In this document: piece after piece, positions 58,225 through 64,000 of the stretch
Numbering within the stretch: position 1 is the stretch's first letter
Layout of the letters: every line of letters begins with the position of its first letter
Source: Escherichia coli
Lineage (GTDB): Bacteria; Pseudomonadota; Gammaproteobacteria; Enterobacterales; Enterobacteriaceae
DNA: 64,000 bases
Reading direction: 5' to 3' (one strand)
NCBI RefSeq assembly: GCF_003018235.1
Contig: NZ_CP027437.1
Translations under genes and position numbers: made by a program
The notes under the pieces: model-generated
Databases searched by the model: none
Told to the model about the DNA's origin: nothing
The model's input: the letters and a program-made list of their open reading frames with translations, nothing else

Positions 58225-59337
58225 ATGACGGATAATCCGAATAAAAAAACATTCTGGGATAAAGTCCATCTCGATCCCACAATGCTGCTGATCTTACTGG
58301 CATTGCTGGTTTACAGCGCCCTGGTTATCTGGAGCGCCAGCGGTCAGGATATTGGCATGATGGAGCGTAAAATCGGCCAAATCGCGATGGGTCTGGTCAT
58401 CATGGTGGTGATGGCGCAAATTCCTCCACGCGTTTATGAAGGCTGGGCCCCCTATCTCTATATCATCTGTATTATTTTGCTGGTGGCAGTAGATGCTTTT
58501 GGTGCCATCTCTAAAGGCGCTCAACGCTGGCTGGACCTCGGTATCGTTCGTTTTCAGCCGTCGGAAATTGCCAAAATAGCCGTACCACTGATGGTAGCGC
58601 GCTTTATCAACCGCGACGTTTGCCCGCCATCGTTGAAGAACACTGGCATCGCGCTGGTGCTGATATTTATGCCCACGCTGCTGGTGGCTGCACAGCCTGA
58701 CCTGGGAACATCAATCCTCGTTGCGCTTTCCGGTCTGTTTGTACTGTTCCTCTCTGGCCTTAGCTGGCGTCTGATTGGCGTCGCAGTAGTGCTGGTAGCG
58801 GCGTTCATTCCGATTCTGTGGTTCTTCCTGATGCATGATTACCAGCGCCAGCGCGTAATGATGCTCCTGGACCCGGAATCAGACCCACTCGGCGCGGGCT
58901 ATCACATTATTCAGTCTAAAATTGCTATTGGCTCCGGCGGATTACGCGGCAAAGGCTGGCTGCACGGCACTCAGTCACAACTTGAATTTCTCCCCGAACG
59001 CCATACCGACTTTATCTTCGCGGTACTGGCGGAAGAGCTGGGATTAGTGGGCATTTTGATTCTGCTCGCTCTCTACATTCTGCTGATCATGCGCGGGCTG
59101 TGGATAGCCGCCAGAGCGCAAACCACCTTTGGTCGCGTCATGGCTGGCGGCTTAATGCTGATATTATTCGTTTATGTCTTCGTAAATATTGGTATGGTAA
59201 GCGGTATTCTGCCGGTTGTAGGGGTTCCGCTCCCACTGGTCAGTTATGGAGGATCGGCGCTAATTGTGCTGATGGCTGGGTTCGGGATTGTAATGTCAAT
59301 CCACACCCACAGGAAAATGTTGTCGAAAAGCGTGTAA
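58225..59337 (+). CDS. mrdB: MrdB (RodA), SEDS-family elongation glycosyltransferase (370 aa)
   Basis: Polytopic membrane protein immediately after mrdA. Confidence 0.97.
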   Translation: MTDNPNKKTFWDKVHLDPTMLLILLALLVYSALVIWSASGQDIGMMERKIGQIAMGLVIMVVMAQIPPRVYEGWAPYLYIICIILLVAVDAFGAISKGAQRWLDLGIVRFQPSEIAKIAVPLMVARFINRDVCPPSLKNTGIALVLIFMPTLLVAAQPDLGTSILVALSGLFVLFLSGLSWRLIGVAVVLVAAFIPILWFFLMHDYQRQRVMMLLDPESDPLGAGYHIIQSKIAIGSGGLRGKGWLHGTQSQLEFLPERHTDFIFAVLAEELGLVGILILLALYILLIMRGLWIAARAQTTFGRVMAGGLMLILFVYVFVNIGMVSGILPVVGVPLPLVSYGGSALIVLMAGFGIVMSIHTHRKMLSKSV

Positions 59338-59347
59338 GAGGTGCGCA

Positions 59348-60436
59348 ATGCGTAAGCTGTGGCTCGGGATCTGCATCGCGGCAGGAATGCTCGCGGCATG
59401 TACAAGCGATGATGGTCAGCAACAGACGGTAAGTGTACCGCAGCCTGCGGTATGTAACGGCCCCATAGTTGAAATTAGCGGGGCGGACCCGCGTTTCGAA
59501 CCACTGAACGCGACGGCAAATCAGGATTACCAGCGCGACGGTAAAAGCTACAAAATCGTGCAGGATCCGTCTCGATTTAGCCAGGCGGGACTGGCGGCAA
59601 TCTATGATGCCGAACCCGGCAGTAACCTGACGGCCTCTGGCGAAGCTTTCGATCCGACACAGCTGACGGCGGCCCATCCAACGCTTCCGATCCCCAGCTA
59701 CGCCAGAATCACTAACCTGGCTAACGGGCGAATGATCGTGGTGCGCATTAATGATCGCGGTCCTTACGGCAACGACCGCGTTATTTCGCTTTCTCGCGCG
59801 GCAGCTGACCGTCTTAACACGTCAAACAACACCAAAGTTCGTATCGATCCGATTATTGTCGCCCAGGATGGTTCGCTTTCTGGTCCTGGTATGGCCTGTA
59901 CCACAGTTGCTAAACAGACTTACGCCCTGCCTGCACCTCCCGATTTAAGCGGTGGCGCGGGAACAAGTTCAGTGTCTGGCCCGCAGGGTGACATTCTTCC
60001 GGTCAGTAATTCGACGCTAAAAAGCGAAGATCCGACCGGCGCGCCGGTAACCAGCAGCGGTTTCCTCGGTGCACCAACGACCTTAGCGCCTGGAGTTCTG
60101 GAAGGCAGCGAACCAACACCTGCGCCACAGCCCGTTGTTACAGCTCCGTCGACAACGCCTGCAACCTCGCCTGCAATGGTGACACCGCAAGCCGCCTCGC
60201 AAAGCGCCAGCGGCAACTTTATGGTGCAAGTTGGGGCCGTAAGCGATCAGGCGCGTGCGCAACAGTACCAACAGCAACTGGGACAGAAGTTCGGCGTCCC
60301 CGGTCGCGTAACTCAAAATGGCGCGGTCTGGCGGATCCAGCTTGGCCCATTCGCCAGCAAAGCCGAAGCCAGTACCTTGCAGCAACGTTTGCAAACCGAA
60401 GCCCAATTACAGTCATTTATTACCACCGCGCAGTAG
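59348..60436 (+). CDS. rlpA: RlpA, septal lytic transglycosylase lipoprotein with SPOR domain (362 aa)
   Basis: Lipobox LAAC, DPBB domain, Pro/Ala/Thr-rich linker, C-terminal SPOR domain. Confidence 0.95.
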   Translation: MRKLWLGICIAAGMLAACTSDDGQQQTVSVPQPAVCNGPIVEISGADPRFEPLNATANQDYQRDGKSYKIVQDPSRFSQAGLAAIYDAEPGSNLTASGEAFDPTQLTAAHPTLPIPSYARITNLANGRMIVVRINDRGPYGNDRVISLSRAAADRLNTSNNTKVRIDPIIVAQDGSLSGPGMACTTVAKQTYALPAPPDLSGGAGTSSVSGPQGDILPVSNSTLKSEDPTGAPVTSSGFLGAPTTLAPGVLEGSEPTPAPQPVVTAPSTTPATSPAMVTPQAASQSASGNFMVQVGAVSDQARAQQYQQQLGQKFGVPGRVTQNGAVWRIQLGPFASKAEASTLQQRLQTEAQLQSFITTAQ

Positions 60437-60575
60437 CGTAAAGCAGGCATCTGATGTGTCAATTTCTGTAAATGACGTTAACAAAGTCACGCGGAAAGTC
60501 AGATGCCTGCCGGTAGTGCATTTGCTATAGTAGGGCACTTTTTTTAATTCCATCACGGATGTCGTAGTTCAGACC

Positions 60576-61787
60576 ATGAATACCATTTTTTCCGCTCGTA
60601 TCATGAAGCGCCTGGCGCTCACCACGGCTCTTTGCACAGCCTTTATCTCTGCTGCACATGCCGATGACCTGAATATCAAAACTATGATCCCGGGTGTACC
60701 GCAGATCGATGCGGAGTCCTACATCCTGATTGACTATAACTCCGGCAAAGTGCTCGCCGAACAGAACGCAGATGTCCGCCGCGATCCTGCCAGCCTGACC
60801 AAAATGATGACCAGTTACGTTATCGGCCAGGCAATGAAAGCCGGTAAATTTAAAGAAACTGATTTAGTCACCATCGGCAACGACGCATGGGCCACCGGTA
60901 ACCCGGTATTTAAAGGTTCTTCGCTGATGTTCCTCAAACCGGGCATGCAGGTTCCGGTTTCTCAGCTGATCCGCGGTATTAACCTGCAATCGGGTAACGA
61001 TGCTTGTGTCGCCATGGCCGATTTTGCCGCTGGTAGCCAGGACGCTTTTGTTGGCTTGATGAACAGCTACGTTAACGCACTGGGCCTGAAAAATACCCAC
61101 TTCCAGACGGTACATGGTCTGGATGCTGATGGTCAGTACAGCTCCGCGCGAGATATGGCGCTGATCGGCCAGGCGTTGATCCGTGACGTACCGAATGAAT
61201 ACTCGATCTATAAAGAAAAAGAATTTACGTTTAACGGTATTCGCCAGCTGAACCGTAACGGTCTGTTATGGGATAACAGCCTGAATGTCGACGGCATCAA
61301 AACCGGACACACTGACAAAGCAGGTTACAACCTTGTTGCTTCTGCGACTGAAGGCCAGATGCGCTTGATCTCTGCGGTGATGGGCGGACGTACTTTTAAA
61401 GGCCGTGAAGCCGAAAGTAAAAAACTGCTGACCTGGGGCTTCCGTTTCTTCGAAACCGTTAACCCACTGAAAGTAGGTAAAGAGTTCGCCTCTGAACCGG
61501 TTTGGTTTGGTGATTCTGATCGCGCTTCGTTAGGTGTTGATAAAGACGTGTATCTGACCATTCCGCGTGGCCGCATGAAAGATCTGAAAGCCAGCTATGT
61601 GCTGAACAGCAGTGAATTGCATGCGCCGCTGCAAAAGAATCAGGTCGTCGGTACTATCAACTTCCAGCTTGATGGCAAAACGATCGAACAACGCCCGCTG
61701 GTTGTGCTGCAAGAAATCCCGGAAGGCAACTTCTTCGGCAAAATCATTGATTACATTAAATTAATGTTCCATCACTGGTTTGGTTAA
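60576..61787 (+). CDS. dacA: DacA, D-Ala-D-Ala carboxypeptidase PBP5 (403 aa)
   Basis: Signal peptide plus SLTK, SGN and KTG motifs. Confidence 0.97.
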
Positions 61788-61840
61788 AAATCGAACACTT
61801 GAAAGTGTAATTTCCGTCCCCATATACTAAGCATCAGTAA

Positions 61841-61872
61841 AAAACTCCCGCCTTCTGGCGGGAGTTGCTATT
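61841..61872 (+). terminator. Intrinsic terminator after dacA
   Basis: CTCCCGCC-TTCT-GGCGGGAG hairpin followed by a T-rich tract. Confidence 0.55.
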
Positions 61873-61896
61873 TAATTACGTTACGCCGGAGCTGAC

Positions 61897-62160
61897 ATGA
61901 AAACCAAACTTAACGAACTGCTTGAATTCCCTACTCCTTTTACTTACAAAGTTATGGGGCAGGCGTTACCTGAGCTGGTTGATCAGGTGGTTGAAGTGGT
62001 ACAGCGCCATGCGCCAGGTGACTACACCCCAACGGTAAAACCAAGCAGCAAAGGCAACTACCACTCGGTATCTATCACTATCAACGCTACTCATATCGAG
62101 CAGGTTGAAACACTGTATGAAGAACTGGGCAAAATCGATATTGTCCGCATGGTTCTGTAA
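61897..62160 (+). CDS. ybeD: YbeD, UPF0250 protein (87 aa)
   Basis: Translation [31 protein letters not shown]...; precedes lipB as in K-12. Confidence 0.93.
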
Positions 62161-62259
62161 CTCGCTTCTCCGTTACCCGGCTCCTGGTCGGGTAACTCCC
62201 CTCTCCTCGCTGTGATATACTTTTCCCCACTTTTACTCATTCTCCACGGAGATGCCGTT

Positions 62260-62901
62260 TTGTATCAGGATAAAATTCTTGTCCGCCAGCTCGGTCTTCA
62301 GCCTTACGAGCCAATCTCCCAGGCTATGCATGAATTCACCAATACCCGCGATGATAGTACCCTTGATGAAATCTGGCTGGTCGAGCACTATCCGGTATTC
62401 ACCCAAGGGCAGGCAGGAAAGGCGGAGCACATTTTAATGCCGGGTGATATTCCGGTGATTCAGAGCGATCGCGGTGGGCAGGTGACTTATCACGGGCCGG
62501 GGCAACAGGTGATGTATGTGTTGCTTAACCTGAAACGCCGTAAACTCGGTGTGCGTGAACTGGTGACCTTGCTTGAGCAAACAGTGGTGAATACCCTGGC
62601 TGAACTGGGTATAGAAGCGCATCCTCGGGCTGACGCGCCTGGTGTCTATGTCGGGGAAAAGAAAATTTGCTCACTGGGTTTACGTATTCGACGCGGTTGT
62701 TCATTCCACGGTCTGGCATTAAACGTCAATATGGATCTTTCACCATTTTTACGTATTAATCCTTGTGGGTATGCCGGAATGGAAATGGCTAAAATATCAC
62801 AATGGAAACCCGAAGCGACGACTAATAATATTGCACCACGTTTACTGGAAAATATTTTAGCGCTACTAAACAATCCTGACTTCGAATATATTACCGCTTA
62901 A
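62260..62901 (+). CDS. lipB: LipB, octanoyltransferase (213 aa)
   Basis: TTG at 62260 gives (M)[17 protein letters not shown]...; the ORF-track ATG at 62212 adds 16 residues. Confidence 0.9.
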   Translation: MYQDKILVRQLGLQPYEPISQAMHEFTNTRDDSTLDEIWLVEHYPVFTQGQAGKAEHILMPGDIPVIQSDRGGQVTYHGPGQQVMYVLLNLKRRKLGVRELVTLLEQTVVNTLAELGIEAHPRADAPGVYVGEKKICSLGLRIRRGCSFHGLALNVNMDLSPFLRINPCGYAGMEMAKISQWKPEATTNNIAPRLLENILALLNNPDFEYITA

Positions 62902-63160
62902 TTCCATACATCAATGGCCCAATTTACACTGGGTCATTACTCATAATACCTGCTAATGCTTTACATCTCCTTCGCGTTTGTATATTTTCTTTATCACTTG
63001 CAGAAATGCGATGCTACGCCTTGCTCCGTAACTCACCCCATTGATTAACTTATTGAAATAGTTGATTATGGTGAGCAAAAGCGTTCCGTTCCAATTAGAC
63101 ATAAGATTATTGTAATTTTTTTAAATATTATTTTTCCATGAATAAAATTGGAGTAAGTGC

Positions 63161-64000
63161 GTGGATAGTAATAATCAAATTGAAACCTGTTTAAGCAGAA
63201 AGTCGTCAGAAGGTAAACCACAAATATTTACAACCTTACGAAATATTGATCTTAACCTTCTGACTATTTTTGAAGCTGTATATGTACATAAAGGGATCGT
63301 TAATGCAGCGAAAGTGCTTAATCTGACACCCTCGGCAATCAGTCAGTCTATTCAGAAACTGCGCGTTATATTCCCTGACCCATTGTTTATTCGCAAAGGC
63401 CAGGGTGTCACTCCTACCGCATTTGCGATGCATCTACATGAGTATATCAGTCAGGGCCTTGAGTCCATTCTTGGCGCGCTGGATATCGAAGGAAGCTATG
63501 ATAAGCAACGAACGATAACTATTGCGACCACCCCCTCAGTCGGAGCCTTGGTCCTTCCTGTCATCTATCGGGCGATTAAAACTCACTATCCGCAGCTTTT
63601 ACTGCGCAACCCGCCCATCAGCGACGCGGAAAACCAACTCAGTCAGTTTCAAACCGATCTCATCATCGATAACATGTTTTGCACCAATCGTACGGTGCAA
63701 CATCATGTTCTGTTCACCGACAATATGGTGTTAATTTGCCGTGAGGGAAATCCACTACTCTCTTTAGAAGATGACAGGGAGACTATCGACAACGCTGCGC
63801 ATATACTCCTGTTACCGGAAGGGCAAAATTTCAGCGGTCTGCGGCAGAGAGTTCAAGAGATGTTTCCGGACCGGCAAATCAGTTTCACCAGCTACAACAT
63901 TTTGACAATCGCTGCACTGGTTGCCAACAGTGACATGTTAGCGATTATTCCCAGCCGTTTTTATAACCTGTTTAGCCGTTGTTGGCCGCTGGAAAAACTG
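63161..64000 (+). CDS. ybeF: YbeF, LysR-family transcriptional regulator (3' end beyond window)
   Basis: GTG at 63161 after GGAGTAAG; hand translation VDSNNQIETCLSRKSSEGKPQIFTTLRNIDLNLLTIFEAVYVHKGIVNAAKVLNLTPSAISQSIQKLR... stays open to the window end. Missing from the ORF track because it has no stop. Confidence 0.85.
   Translation, partial: MDSNNQIETCLSRKSSEGKPQIFTTLRNIDLNLLTIFEAVYVHKGIVNAAKVLNLTPSAISQSIQKLRVIFPDPLFIRKGQGVTPTAFAMHLHEYISQGLESILGALDIEGSYDKQRTITIATTPSVGALVLPVIYRAIKTHYPQLLLRNPPISDAENQLSQFQTDLIIDNMFCTNRTVQHHVLFTDNMVLICREGNPLLSLEDDRETIDNAAHILLLPEGQNFSGLRQRVQEMFPDRQISFTSYNILTIAALVANSDMLAIIPSRFYNLFSRCWPLEKL

Noticed and set aside
59900-60200. Pro/Ala/Thr/Ser-rich low-complexity stretch on the plus strand
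   Set aside because: It is the known flexible linker of RlpA between the DPBB and SPOR domains, not a novel repeat protein.
63236-63734. Small ORFs at 63236-63433 (minus) and 63522-63734 (plus) near the window end
   Set aside because: Both sit inside or out of frame with the ybeF LysR regulator reading frame, which translates cleanly from 63161 to the window end.

Overview
The window is an enterobacterial (Escherichia coli / Shigella-like) chromosomal segment, collinear in inverted orientation with the E. coli K-12 lipB-to-kdp-to-rhsC region. Almost all of it is conserved core genome, identified by recalling the K-12 proteins from the six-frame translations; no search was run. Left to right: an Rhs toxin with its putative immunity gene, ybfA, kdpFABCDE, the speFL leader with speF-potE, pgm, seqA, ybfF, ybfE, fldA, uof-fur, chiQ-chiP, glnS, nagE / nagBACD, asnB, the seven-tRNA metT operon, ubiF, miaB, ybeZ-ybeY-corC-lnt, gltIJKL with the SroC sRNA, rihA, ybeL, leuS-lptE-holA-nadD-cobC, rsfS-rlmH-mrdA-mrdB-rlpA, dacA, ybeD, lipB and the start of ybeF. 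The only clearly accessory part is the first ~6.2 kb. The Rhs protein there differs from K-12 RhsC: it has a prePAAR motif (AARQGDALLH), hydrophobic segments and two PAAR motifs at the N-terminus, then the YD-repeat shell and a DPLGL boundary, then an AT-rich 122-aa C-terminal tip of unassigned family, followed by a 142-aa AT-rich ORF that is the best immunity candidate. This toxin/immunity pair is the best candidate for something undescribed. A ~1 kb AT-rich leader with only broken short ORFs sits where a vgrG/chaperone would be expected. Relative to K-12 as recalled, the ybfP-ybfG genes, the ybeQ-to-hscC island and the IS5 copy between lnt and gltI are absent. No CRISPR array, prophage or IS element was seen.
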